Shown here one piece after another: positions 9,434 through 18,640 of a DNA stretch of 64,000 nt. The translations under genes and the position numbers were made by a program. This DNA comes from Candidatus Sumerlaeales bacterium (GTDB lineage: Bacteria; Sumerlaeota; Sumerlaeia; Sumerlaeales; Sumerlaeaceae): NCBI GenBank assembly GCA_038243585.1, contig JBBSQY010000009.1, positions 25,076 through 89,075 on the forward strand. The letters are read 5' to 3'. Below the pieces are notes generated by a model that was not told where the DNA came from, did no database searches, and was given only the letters and a program-made list of their open reading frames with translations. Position 1 is the stretch's first letter. Every line of letters begins with the position of its first letter.

Positions 9434-11785
9434 ATGACAGATAAAGATCCATCAGAAGGCAACACACCGGAAACCAATAAAAGCAAACTGCCGCCCCGTA
9501 GGGCTGACTGGCATAGCGGCCTAAAGCGGGAAGACAACGACTCGTATCGGCCCACGGCAGATGGCACCGTTTCTGATTTTCTGGCTACGCAGCGTAATCC
9601 GGACTCTCCGGATTGGGATCCCATTGATGGCCCACGCGCCACAGGAGAAATTGCGGGACGGGCGGATGTTAGCGCGGTGGACCCGGTATCAACAAAGCCG
9701 GTCACTATGGGTTTTTACCAGCGGCGGATGCGTTTTACGGATATGGTGATTGCCCTTCTTGTGGGGCTTGCTGCCTTCTTCGCGGTGGCTACAACGTACG
9801 TCGGATTTGGTCATTCGTGGGATGAAGCGCTGTATTTGAAGCCCGCGGAGCGGGCGGCTGCTTGGATGCTGGGGGTTATCAATTCTGGCGATGATTCCAT
9901 GCTGCAACCGGCGGCGGTGGGACGGCATTGGGGCCATTCGCTAGACGGCAACGATCCGCTGCATCCGGAAATTGCTCCCATCCCGAAACTACTGATTGGT
10001 GCCGGACTGACCTATCTTGTGCCCTTGGGCATTGAGCCAATGGTGGCCATGCGTCTTCCAGTGGCGGTTTTGTTTGCGCTCACGGTGGCGCTACTGTTTC
10101 TGCTGGGCACTCGTGAGTACGGGCGCATTGGCGGGTTTGCGGCGGCTTTGATGTATTTTATGATGCCTCGGGTCTTTGGTCATGCGCACATTGCCGCCTC
10201 GGAGACAGCCCTGGCTTTTTTTGTGGTGCTGACGGTCTGGTGTTTTCTCACGGCGAACCGGTTCTGGGTGCTGGCGCTTTTTACAGGCATTGCGTTCGGG
10301 CTGGCGGTAGACACGAAAGTGACTGCGTTAATGCTTCCGCTGCCCCTAATGGTTTGGGGCCAGATTTATAAACGGCGGGAATATGCCTCAAACATTTTTG
10401 CCATGGCGTTTGTTGCGCCAGTTGTCATTATTGCCCTGTGGCCGTGGCTTTGGTATGACGGTCTTTCCCGTTTTTTCAGCTATCTGGAGTTCTACACCTC
10501 TCATCAATCGACGGCGGTGTATTATCTGGGTCGCAAGTGGGGATACACTCACGGACCGAATGCGCCGTTTTTCTACCCGCTTCATATCGCGGCTATTTCA
10601 ATTCCCATCTGGATACTCGCGTTTCTCGCCCTCGGCCTGCTGCGGGCGCTTTTCTCCACTATTCGCCGGCCGGTCACCATCTTGTTTGTAGTGATGGCGG
10701 CGGCCTGGCTGGGGCTTAACATGTTGCCCCATGCACCGCGATATGACGGAGAACGGCTGTTTTTTCCGGCGTTTGCATTTCTCGCGCTGACGGCGGCAGG
10801 AGGGTTTTCTGCCTTGTTTATGGGAGTCCATGGCTGGAGGGAACGCCGCGGTGGCGTCGGGGCGAGACGCGAAACAGGGTACATTGCCGCCATTGCTGTG
10901 GGAATCTGTGCGGTTTATGGCGCGGTAGATCTGTACTTTTCGCATCCGAACCAGCTCAATTATTATAACTGGCTGGTCGGCCGGTCCGCGGGGGCGTATG
11001 CCCAGGGTTTTGAAACCTCTTATTGGGGAGAGGCCGTTAATGAAGATGTGACTGACTACCTGAACACGGTGCTGCAGCCGGGCGACAAGGTTAAGACGTT
11101 GGCGTTGAACGATCTGGCCTTCGAAAATCTGCGCCAGTGGAACAAATTGCCGGAGAAGGTGGATTTTTCCCCGGATGCGTCGCCTTATGATTATGTCGTG
11201 ATGCAAGTGAGGCAAGGGTTTATGGGACGGCCGGAGCGTCAGCTATTGCGAAACCATAAACCGCTACGGGAGTTTAGCCACAATGGAGTGCCTCGCATCC
11301 TGGTCTATGCCGGTGCCGACGTGGGAAGCATCTTTCCGACAATTGCGAAAGTTGCTGTGCAGGCAGAGATTGGGGTCCAGCTAAAAGATGAAGAGTCAAC
11401 GGCGACGATGCCGGCAGATGTTTTGACGACCCAGACTCCCGCTATAAATGATAAAATAAGCGTTTCGGCGGAGAAGGTGGACGCCGGCACTACCGCCACA
11501 GAGGCGTTGGAATTGCCGGAGGAAGCCGTTACCACAGCTTCCGCTGTAACGGCCATGGATGACCTATCGACTGCTTCGGCGATTACTTCGAACGGTTTGG
11601 AAACCAGTGCCGTCATGGTGCTGGATTTGCCGACGAGTAACTCTGAGACTACGGCGACGGAAAAGCGCCTGACCCCTGTGCCTCTTGTGGAGCTTATGGA
11701 AGCGGGAGACCCGGAAACAAGCGCAAGCCGGATCTATGACGGAGATTTACCAAGCACAAATTCATTGCCCACAGTTGTAGAGTAA
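9434..11785 (+). CDS. GT-C fold glycosyltransferase (GT39/PMT/ArnT-like) with acidic Thr/Ser-rich C-terminal tail
   Basis: WDE motif after the first TM helix, many TM helices, periplasmic YWG segment, low-complexity tail. Confidence 0.8.
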   Translation: MTDKDPSEGNTPETNKSKLPPRRADWHSGLKREDNDSYRPTADGTVSDFLATQRNPDSPDWDPIDGPRATGEIAGRADVSAVDPVSTKPVTMGFYQRRMRFTDMVIALLVGLAAFFAVATTYVGFGHSWDEALYLKPAERAAAWMLGVINSGDDSMLQPAAVGRHWGHSLDGNDPLHPEIAPIPKLLIGAGLTYLVPLGIEPMVAMRLPVAVLFALTVALLFLLGTREYGRIGGFAAALMYFMMPRVFGHAHIAASETALAFFVVLTVWCFLTANRFWVLALFTGIAFGLAVDTKVTALMLPLPLMVWGQIYKRREYASNIFAMAFVAPVVIIALWPWLWYDGLSRFFSYLEFYTSHQSTAVYYLGRKWGYTHGPNAPFFYPLHIAAISIPIWILAFLALGLLRALFSTIRRPVTILFVVMAAAWLGLNMLPHAPRYDGERLFFPAFAFLALTAAGGFSALFMGVHGWRERRGGVGARRETGYIAAIAVGICAVYGAVDLYFSHPNQLNYYNWLVGRSAGAYAQGFETSYWGEAVNEDVTDYLNTVLQPGDKVKTLALNDLAFENLRQWNKLPEKVDFSPDASPYDYVVMQVRQGFMGRPERQLLRNHKPLREFSHNGVPRILVYAGADVGSIFPTIAKVAVQAEIGVQLKDEESTATMPADVLTTQTPAINDKISVSAEKVDAGTTATEALELPEEAVTTASAVTAMDDLSTASAITSNGLETSAVMVLDLPTSNSETTATEKRLTPVPLVELMEAGDPETSASRIYDGDLPSTNSLPTVVE

Positions 11786-11821
11786 GTCCCTGGGATCAGA
11801 CAATAATGATTAGCTTATGGG

Positions 11822-12760
11822 CTAAGGCGAAGGGGTTTCCATGAACTCGCTGATCAGACCTTCACGCACGCCGGCGTCGCTCACGGAAAACTCTTTAACT
11901 TTCATGTGATCGAGAACGCTGGTTAATATAATCGCGCCGGGGATTATCAAACGCGCCCGGCTTTCATCCGTGCAGGTAGTGCGTGAGATGTTGCTTACTG
12001 TCATTTGTACGAGTTCAGCGGTGATCTCCGACACATCGCGAATTTCGATACTGCTGTCGGGCGCGGCCATATTCCTGGACTTAACGGCAGCGGCTAACGC
12101 GCACGCGGTGCCACCGATGCAGGTGGTTTGCTGCGAAGATTGAAATTGGTCAAGAGGGGCATTGGAAATGGTCTGCTTTACCATTTTACGCAATTTCGCC
12201 ACTACATCCTGTTCATAAATGTCGGGCATACCAACATGTTTTGCAAGGCGAACTGCTCCAATGGGCAGGCTTACAGCTGCTTCAATTTCGCCACCTGGTC
12301 TTACCTTAATGATTTCGGTACTGCCGCCGCCAATGTCCACGATCAGGTTTTCCCGTTTTGATCCCATGTCAAAAGCAACGCCGCGGGCAGCCAGGCGCGC
12401 CTCTTCATCACCGGTGATCGCTTTAAGTTCGATGCCGGCTTCCATCTGCACGCGGATGAGGAAGGCGTCGCAGTTGGTGGCCTCGCGAATGGCGCTGGTG
12501 GCCACTGCGGGAAGGCAAATCATATTTTGGTCGCGGGCTATGCGGGCAATTTCACGCAGGGCTTCTACGGCTGCGTCCATATCGTCATCTGCAAGTGCCC
12601 CGGCAACAAAGGTGCCGGCGCCGAGTCGAATGGGATAACGCTTTCGGGATTGAAGAATGGGCGTAAGGCGGACGTTGAGCCGAAACACGCTAAAGCGGAT
12701 TGCATTGCTGCCAACGTCTATGGCGCCAAGCATTTCGTAAGGGTTAAGATTCTGATTCAA
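11822..12760 (-). CDS. Ppx/GppA family exopolyphosphatase (short form, no HD domain)
   Basis: IDVGSNAIR, ATSAIREA, GDEEARL, DIGGGSTE and GVREG motifs. Confidence 0.92.
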   Translation of the reverse strand: MNQNLNPYEMLGAIDVGSNAIRFSVFRLNVRLTPILQSRKRYPIRLGAGTFVAGALADDDMDAAVEALREIARIARDQNMICLPAVATSAIREATNCDAFLIRVQMEAGIELKAITGDEEARLAARGVAFDMGSKRENLIVDIGGGSTEIIKVRPGGEIEAAVSLPIGAVRLAKHVGMPDIYEQDVVAKLRKMVKQTISNAPLDQFQSSQQTTCIGGTACALAAAVKSRNMAAPDSSIEIRDVSEITAELVQMTVSNISRTTCTDESRARLIIPGAIILTSVLDHMKVKEFSVSDAGVREGLISEFMETPSP

Positions 12761-12772
12761 AACGTGTTGACG

Positions 12773-14980
12773 TTAACGGGCGGGCAGCAACTGAAGCATG
12801 ATGTCAGTAACACCTTTACGTTGAACGGCAGTAAACTCCTCTTTGGATGTGGCATAGATTACAATTGTGCTTTTTTGCTTTTCCGGAACAAGGATCAGCA
12901 TCAAATTTTGATTTTGCTTCGAAAACTCTCCTGCCTGAAAGCCGGTTCCAAGCTGCTCTTCATCTTTTTTCCATCCCTCGTCGGTCATAGCCTTAAAGGT
13001 GGAGGCACTCTTTAAAGCCCCAGGGTCCCTCGCGATTCGGATTTCTAGACCACTTCCATCAGAAAAGAGAATCATCCCGTCCGCCTCTTCACTGGTGGCT
13101 TCCCAGCCAGTCGGCGCAGTCAACGTCACATTTAAAGCTTTGCTTTTGACGGTTTTGCCGCTAGCCACTGCGGAAGCAGACGTTGTCGCGTCGGTGGGCG
13201 ACGCGGTAGGGCTGGGGCTCGCTTCTGGCGTGACAGCAGCGGCGGTCGCAATTGGAGTTGCCGCCGTTGGTTTTGGCAGACCGCCAGTACTCGCTGGCGC
13301 AGGAGCCGGAGGTGCGGCTGGCGGTTTTTGAGCGGGGATTGGAGGAGCTGTGAGATTTTTCACCAGTAGCAGGTTAATAGAATCCTCATCAAGTCTTGAC
13401 AGAGATTGCTCGGACGTCTCCAGAAAGGCCATCGCGGGCGCGCCGGACGAAGGTTGGTGCAGCGCTGCCATAAGGTGGGTGTTCCCGACGCGGGATTTTA
13501 AGGTTTTGACTTTCACCCCGTCTACAGTTGTCTCTTCGGGTTGTCCTATTATCTGAGCCCCGTTGCGCTGAAGCAATTGCCTCATGTGGGCTTCGTTTAG
13601 CTTGGGATCCCGCACATAGTCGACAGCCACTTCTTTGTCGTTGGATTCTGTGCTGATGTAGTTATCGCTATTAAGGGTGGTCCACGCTTTTGGCACCTGA
13701 ACGGTAAAGGTTCCGGGCATATTTTTTAACGGCGTTAGATCTTCCAACGCTTCTTCATAATTTCCACGTGCCACTGAGGAATCCGAGGGCGTCTTGTCGC
13801 CGGAAGGCCACAGGGCTATTATGCCTATGAGAACCACGACGGCTATTGCACCCAAGACGACTTTTCTTCCGGGCTTAAATTTAAGTTTATGCGCAAGAGG
13901 AACGATAGCGGGCATGGCAAAACGGAGTTTATTAAAGGGATTGCTGGCCGGCGGTGCGGCGGAGGCAGGGTCTGTCTCAGCTACGGGCTTTTCCTGATCG
14001 CCGGGGATCGCGTCGTTATCAGCATCTGACGCGTCTGCGTCCGTAACCGGGTTGGAAGCCGGACTGGTCAAATCTTCCGAACCAACTGGGTCGCCATTTC
14101 CGGGTGCAGATGTATTGGGGGGAGTTACAGCGGAAGCGGGGACTCCGGTGGTGTATGGTTTTGCGCTTTGCATTGGAATGGCGCTCAACAAGCCTAGCGC
14201 ACCCGCCGATGCATCATTCGGCTGTAATGCGCTAACGGGTGGTGCCGGAGCGGGCGCTTCCCGTTTTATTACCGGGCTAAGGGGGCGGTGATTAGGGTAA
14301 TGCCGCTTGGCGCTATCGACATGAAACCGAGCTTGCGGACCGCCGTCACCGAGCATTATAACGTCGCCCTCGAGAATTTCCATGGGCTGATCCAGAAGCT
14401 CACCGTTTACATAGGTGCCGTTGCGGCTGGAATCGGTCAGAACAAAGTGGCCATTTACGTAGCGGATGTTGCAGTGATTTCCGCTGACAATCATATCACC
14501 GCGAGGATCGAGGGGAACTTCAAGGTCCGCCCTGCGTCCGATGTTTGATAAAACACCAGCGTTAACAGGAAAGATGCGACCGGCGTCGGAGCCTGAGAAA
14601 TATTCGAGCTCAGCCGAAACAGGAAACATCTGCGGCAGAGGTTGTGTGCCGGGAACAGGCAGACCGGTCCGAAATATTACCTCGGGCCCTTCCAGGCCAA
14701 AGCGGACGTAGTCCTCGTGCATCAGAGCGCAGCGCTCATGAACCCTCTCACCGTTTACCCAGGTGCCGGCTTTTGAGCCAAGATCGTATAGACAGTAGAT
14801 GTTTCCGTCTTCTAAAAGAACTTCGGCGTGCTGGGGAGCCACCTGGTCCAATTGAAAACTTTCGAGCCGAAAATCGCAGCTCCCGGCCCGCCCAATTGAT
14901 ATCCTGGCTGTGTCGAACGCCTGCGCCTCGCCTTTGCGGGGTCCGGAATAAAATACAAAATGGCACGCTGTTCTATCCAA
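12773..14980 (-). CDS. Tandem-FHA single-pass membrane protein with exported C-terminal domains
   Basis: Two FHA domains (IGR...H...GTWVNG; IGR...VSGNH...SRNGTYVNG), Pro-rich linker, TM helix VVLGAIAVVVLIGIIALW; TTG start with AGGAG RBS. Confidence 0.85.
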   Translation of the reverse strand: MDRTACHFVFYSGPRKGEAQAFDTARISIGRAGSCDFRLESFQLDQVAPQHAEVLLEDGNIYCLYDLGSKAGTWVNGERVHERCALMHEDYVRFGLEGPEVIFRTGLPVPGTQPLPQMFPVSAELEYFSGSDAGRIFPVNAGVLSNIGRRADLEVPLDPRGDMIVSGNHCNIRYVNGHFVLTDSSRNGTYVNGELLDQPMEILEGDVIMLGDGGPQARFHVDSAKRHYPNHRPLSPVIKREAPAPAPPVSALQPNDASAGALGLLSAIPMQSAKPYTTGVPASAVTPPNTSAPGNGDPVGSEDLTSPASNPVTDADASDADNDAIPGDQEKPVAETDPASAAPPASNPFNKLRFAMPAIVPLAHKLKFKPGRKVVLGAIAVVVLIGIIALWPSGDKTPSDSSVARGNYEEALEDLTPLKNMPGTFTVQVPKAWTTLNSDNYISTESNDKEVAVDYVRDPKLNEAHMRQLLQRNGAQIIGQPEETTVDGVKVKTLKSRVGNTHLMAALHQPSSGAPAMAFLETSEQSLSRLDEDSINLLLVKNLTAPPIPAQKPPAAPPAPAPASTGGLPKPTAATPIATAAAVTPEASPSPTASPTDATTSASAVASGKTVKSKALNVTLTAPTGWEATSEEADGMILFSDGSGLEIRIARDPGALKSASTFKAMTDEGWKKDEEQLGTGFQAGEFSKQNQNLMLILVPEKQKSTIVIYATSKEEFTAVQRKGVTDIMLQLLPAR

Positions 14981-15107
14981 GGGTTGCCTGGCTCCTGTTA
15001 AAAGTTACATGATGAATGACATATACTAAAAGCCCGAACCACTTCTATAAACCGCGAAAAAAAGTTTGTATCATCAACACATGGTGCCTTGAAGGGCACC
15101 AGGTTGA

Positions 15108-16871
15108 TTAATCATCAACTGTAATGCGCATAACTTCTTCTATTGTCGTCTGCCCGATCATCGCTTTTTCCCAGCCGTCCATGCGCAGGGTGCGCATTCC
15201 GTACTTCATGCCCACTTTTTTAAGTTTCGTGCCCGATTCCATGCGCATGATAAGCTGGCGAATTTCCGGATTATTGTTAAAGATTTCGTGGATAGCGGTA
15301 CGTCCGCGATAGCCGGATTTGCTGCAACGGTCGCAGCCGCGCCCTTTGTAGAATGAGCGTTCACCATACTTGTCAGGGTCGAAGCCGGCGTTAGCGATTT
15401 CCTGCGGGGTGGCCTTGTACTCGGTTTTGCACTGACTGCAGACTCGACGAACCAGACGCTGGGCAATAACCGCCTGGAGAGAGCTGGCCACCATGAAAGG
15501 CTTTACGCCCATATCAATCAAACGAACGCAGGCGCTGGGAGCGTCGTTTGTATGTAGCGTACTGAACACAAGGTGGCCGGTCAACGCGGCGCGAATCCCA
15601 ATTTCTGCGGCTTCAAGATCGCGCATCTCACCGACCATGATAACGTCTGGCGATTGGCGGAGAATGGCCCGCAAGCCGAGGGAGAAGTCCAGATCCACCT
15701 CGCGGTTAATCTGCACCTGGTTGATGCCGTCGAGCATATACTCGACTGGATCTTCAATGGTTACGATTTTCGTTTCTGCGTTGTTGATGGTCGACAGGGC
15801 GGAGTAGAGGGTGGTCGTTTTGCCGGAACCAGTGGGGCCTGTCATGAGAATAACGCCGTTGGGACTGCGGATCAGTTCCTGGAATCTGGCCACAGTGTCG
15901 GGTAGAAAACCTACATCCTCCAGACCCATCAGCACGCTCGACTGATCCAGAAGACGCATAACAATAGACTCGCCGTAAACCGATGGGATTGACGATACGC
16001 GGACGTCCAGCCGTTTTCCGGGAATGGTCAGTTTGATACGACCATCGAGCGGAACCCGCTTTTCGGCCAAGTCCATTCCAGATAGAACCTTCAGGCGGGA
16101 AATAATGGAGTTTTGCCACTTCTTTGGCGGAGCCGGATATTCGTGAAGCACGCCATCGATCCGAAACCGCACGGTAATGCCGGTTTTTGTTGGCTCCACG
16201 TGGATATCTGATGCGCGATCGTTGACGGCGGTGCGGAAAATGAGATCGACATATTTAACGGCGGGCGGCTGGTCCGTTTTAGTTTCTTTAAGATCAACTG
16301 CGGCGTATTGGTCGTCTTCTGTTTCTTTGTGTTCTGCCGCAACAGCGTCGTCGGCCATGCCCCCGTAGAGATCGGCAATATTGTTGCTCTCATAATAGTG
16401 AGCGATAAACTTATCGACCTCAAGCTGATCAGCCACCATCGGGTGGATGCGCTTCTGGTAAATGCGTTCGAGATCGTCTGTAATCTGAATGTTGAGAGGA
16501 TCAGCCAGGGCCAAATAAAGATCATCGCCCTCCGCCCGTATCGGAAATACGCGGTACTTAATGGCATGTTTGGCATCGATCAGCTTGACTAGTTCCGGCG
16601 TGATCTTTAAGTCTTTCATGTTGGCGCGTTCATAGCCCATGTTCGTGGCCAGAGCGTCCAGAAGCTCGTCTCCGCCCACCAGGTTTTGAGAGGAAACGTT
16701 ATGCTTCAGCGTTTGCGCGCTCTCGCCTTCCGGCAGAACCCTTTTTAACGGGGCGTTGCCGTTGCTTCCGGGAACGCGGTTTGGAGGCGCTCCTGCGCCG
16801 GGCACTTTTTGCGCAGCGGTGCCCGGTTCAATCTGGGGGGCTTTAGGGGTCGTATCCTTGGTATCGCTCAT
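15108..16871 (-). CDS. PilB/GspE family secretion or pilus assembly ATPase
   Basis: ASDIHVEP, GPTGSGKTTT, TIEDPVEY, GEMRD, STLHTND, tetracysteine motif; AGGAG RBS before MSDTK (16871). Confidence 0.95.
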   Translation of the reverse strand: MSDTKDTTPKAPQIEPGTAAQKVPGAGAPPNRVPGSNGNAPLKRVLPEGESAQTLKHNVSSQNLVGGDELLDALATNMGYERANMKDLKITPELVKLIDAKHAIKYRVFPIRAEGDDLYLALADPLNIQITDDLERIYQKRIHPMVADQLEVDKFIAHYYESNNIADLYGGMADDAVAAEHKETEDDQYAAVDLKETKTDQPPAVKYVDLIFRTAVNDRASDIHVEPTKTGITVRFRIDGVLHEYPAPPKKWQNSIISRLKVLSGMDLAEKRVPLDGRIKLTIPGKRLDVRVSSIPSVYGESIVMRLLDQSSVLMGLEDVGFLPDTVARFQELIRSPNGVILMTGPTGSGKTTTLYSALSTINNAETKIVTIEDPVEYMLDGINQVQINREVDLDFSLGLRAILRQSPDVIMVGEMRDLEAAEIGIRAALTGHLVFSTLHTNDAPSACVRLIDMGVKPFMVASSLQAVIAQRLVRRVCSQCKTEYKATPQEIANAGFDPDKYGERSFYKGRGCDRCSKSGYRGRTAIHEIFNNNPEIRQLIMRMESGTKLKKVGMKYGMRTLRMDGWEKAMIGQTTIEEVMRITVDD

Positions 16872-17151
16872 GACGTCGGTACTCCTGTGCCGGCAATCCG
16901 GCCTGGCTGGTGGTATCTTCTTGAAGCGTAATTGCCCATGTGGCGGTGGCAATCAAATTTATTGGTATGAGGGCTTTTTATCAGCAAATTTCCAGCGGCG
17001 ACCCTCAGAGAATGGAACTATCGTAAACCTAATGAGAGACCTACCGCGACAGCGAAAAATGATGCAGAAACAAACATGAAGTCAGGTTTTTCTAATGTGC
17101 GGAATGGCAGGGGAGTGGAGAAGAAAAAGCAAAAAAGAAGAGTGTCTGAAC

Positions 17152-17188
17152 AAAAAAAATCCCCGTCACCGGTTGCGGCAACGGGGAT
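17152..17188 (-). terminator. Rho-independent terminator
   Basis: Minus strand ATCCCCGTTGCCG-CAAC-CGGTGACGGGGAT (with G-U pairs) followed by a T-run. Confidence 0.8.
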
Positions 17189-17206
17189 ACTTTTAAACTG
17201 ATCGCG

Positions 17207-17497
17207 TTATTTGGCGATAGTTAGCTTATCTGTCCCGCCGGTGTTCAGGTTCAATCGGCTTGGCGGTGCGCTCTGCGGCCCGGGCTGTCCATAGACAGGG
17301 GTCTGCAGGTACGGGCCACCGGGCGGCAGCGGGAATTCCGGATACTCGCGAGGGCACGGCTTTGGGCCGGGCGCACAGGCGGGGTCGCCGTTAAAGCCAG
17401 CGAACACCTGGGATCCACGCATGCCACTCTGACACCCGGCCAGCAAGACGGTCGCAGCAGCGGCGGTAACAACTATTTTTACGATTCTTCCAAACAT
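17207..17497 (-). CDS. Small Pro-rich lipoprotein, unknown function
   Basis: AGGAGG RBS, MFGRIVK start, lipobox LLAG-C. Confidence 0.75.
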   Translation of the reverse strand: MFGRIVKIVVTAAAATVLLAGCQSGMRGSQVFAGFNGDPACAPGPKPCPREYPEFPLPPGGPYLQTPVYGQPGPQSAPPSRLNLNTGGTDKLTIAK

Positions 17498-17674
17498 ATA
17501 ACCTATTCCTCCTACAACACTCGCGCAATACCTGCGCCAGCGGGACCCGTCGGTCAACTGAAATTTCTAATAAAATCAGATTTTTCGGAAACTTTCTTTA
17601 AGGAAGTGTGTCACGGAGTCATTCACTACGCTAAACAGGTTAGGTCGTCCTGCTACATTCGTTTCCCATAATTC

Positions 17675-18556
17675 ATGACTAATCAATCATCCAGTCCCCA
17701 ACCCGTGCTTGTAACCGGCGCTTCCGGGCATACGGGCAGCCGCCTGGTTTTGGCGCTTTTGGACGCTGGGTATCCGGTGCGAATCCTTACGCGCGAGCCT
17801 GATCGGGTAGCCACCGATGTGCGCCAGCGGGTGGAAGTTGTTCGCGGCGACCTCCTTAGTCCGGAAACCGCACAGGAAGCTTTCCGAGGGTGCCGGGCGG
17901 TTATCGCGGTCACCCATATCAAATTGGCGCCGGTTATCATTTCGGCGATGAAATCCGCGGGCGTTCGGCGTGGTATCTTCATGTCTTCGACGCGGCGGTT
18001 TACCAGATTTGTGGAAGAGACGGCTCGTCAGGTGATGGCTGGGGAGCAGGCTGTAGAAGACTCCGGCCTTGAATGGACGATCATTCGTCCCACCATGATA
18101 TACGGCGGTGCGCAGGACCGAAACCTGGAGCCGCTTTTGTCAACGCTGAAAAAGTGGCCGGTGTTTCCGCTGCCGGCGGGAGGGCATATGTTGTGGCAGC
18201 CAGTTTTTACGTGGGATGTTGTGGCGGCGCTGATCTCATCCCTTGAGTGTACGGCGAGCATCGGTAAGGCCTATACGATCGCCGGGCCGGACGCTATTAG
18301 TTATCGTGACATGCTCGAGACCATGATTGAGGAAGCGGGCCTGAAAACGCGGCTTGTGCCGGTGCCCCTGAGCGCAGCGAGGCCGCTGGTTTCGCTTTAC
18401 GAAAAACTTTCGCGCCAGCCCAGGGTTCGGATGGATCAGATCCGGCGCATGGAAGAGAACAAGGATTTTAATATAAGCAGTGCCCGGCGAGAGCTAGGAT
18501 TCGAACCTATTTCTTTCAGGGAGGGGATTCGGCGGAAGGTGCGGGGGGAGGTATGA
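17675..18556 (+). CDS. NAD(P)-dependent epimerase/dehydratase (atypical SDR)
   Basis: VLVTGASGHTG Rossmann motif, WTIIRPTMIYG. Confidence 0.88.
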   Translation: MTNQSSSPQPVLVTGASGHTGSRLVLALLDAGYPVRILTREPDRVATDVRQRVEVVRGDLLSPETAQEAFRGCRAVIAVTHIKLAPVIISAMKSAGVRRGIFMSSTRRFTRFVEETARQVMAGEQAVEDSGLEWTIIRPTMIYGGAQDRNLEPLLSTLKKWPVFPLPAGGHMLWQPVFTWDVVAALISSLECTASIGKAYTIAGPDAISYRDMLETMIEEAGLKTRLVPVPLSAARPLVSLYEKLSRQPRVRMDQIRRMEENKDFNISSARRELGFEPISFREGIRRKVRGEV

Positions 18557-18640
18557 TGTGTAGGTGAAATTAAAACTTTCGACGCAAAGGCGCGAAGAAA
18601 AGCAGAAGAAAGAAAAAGCAGAAGAAAGAAAAGCCAAAAG

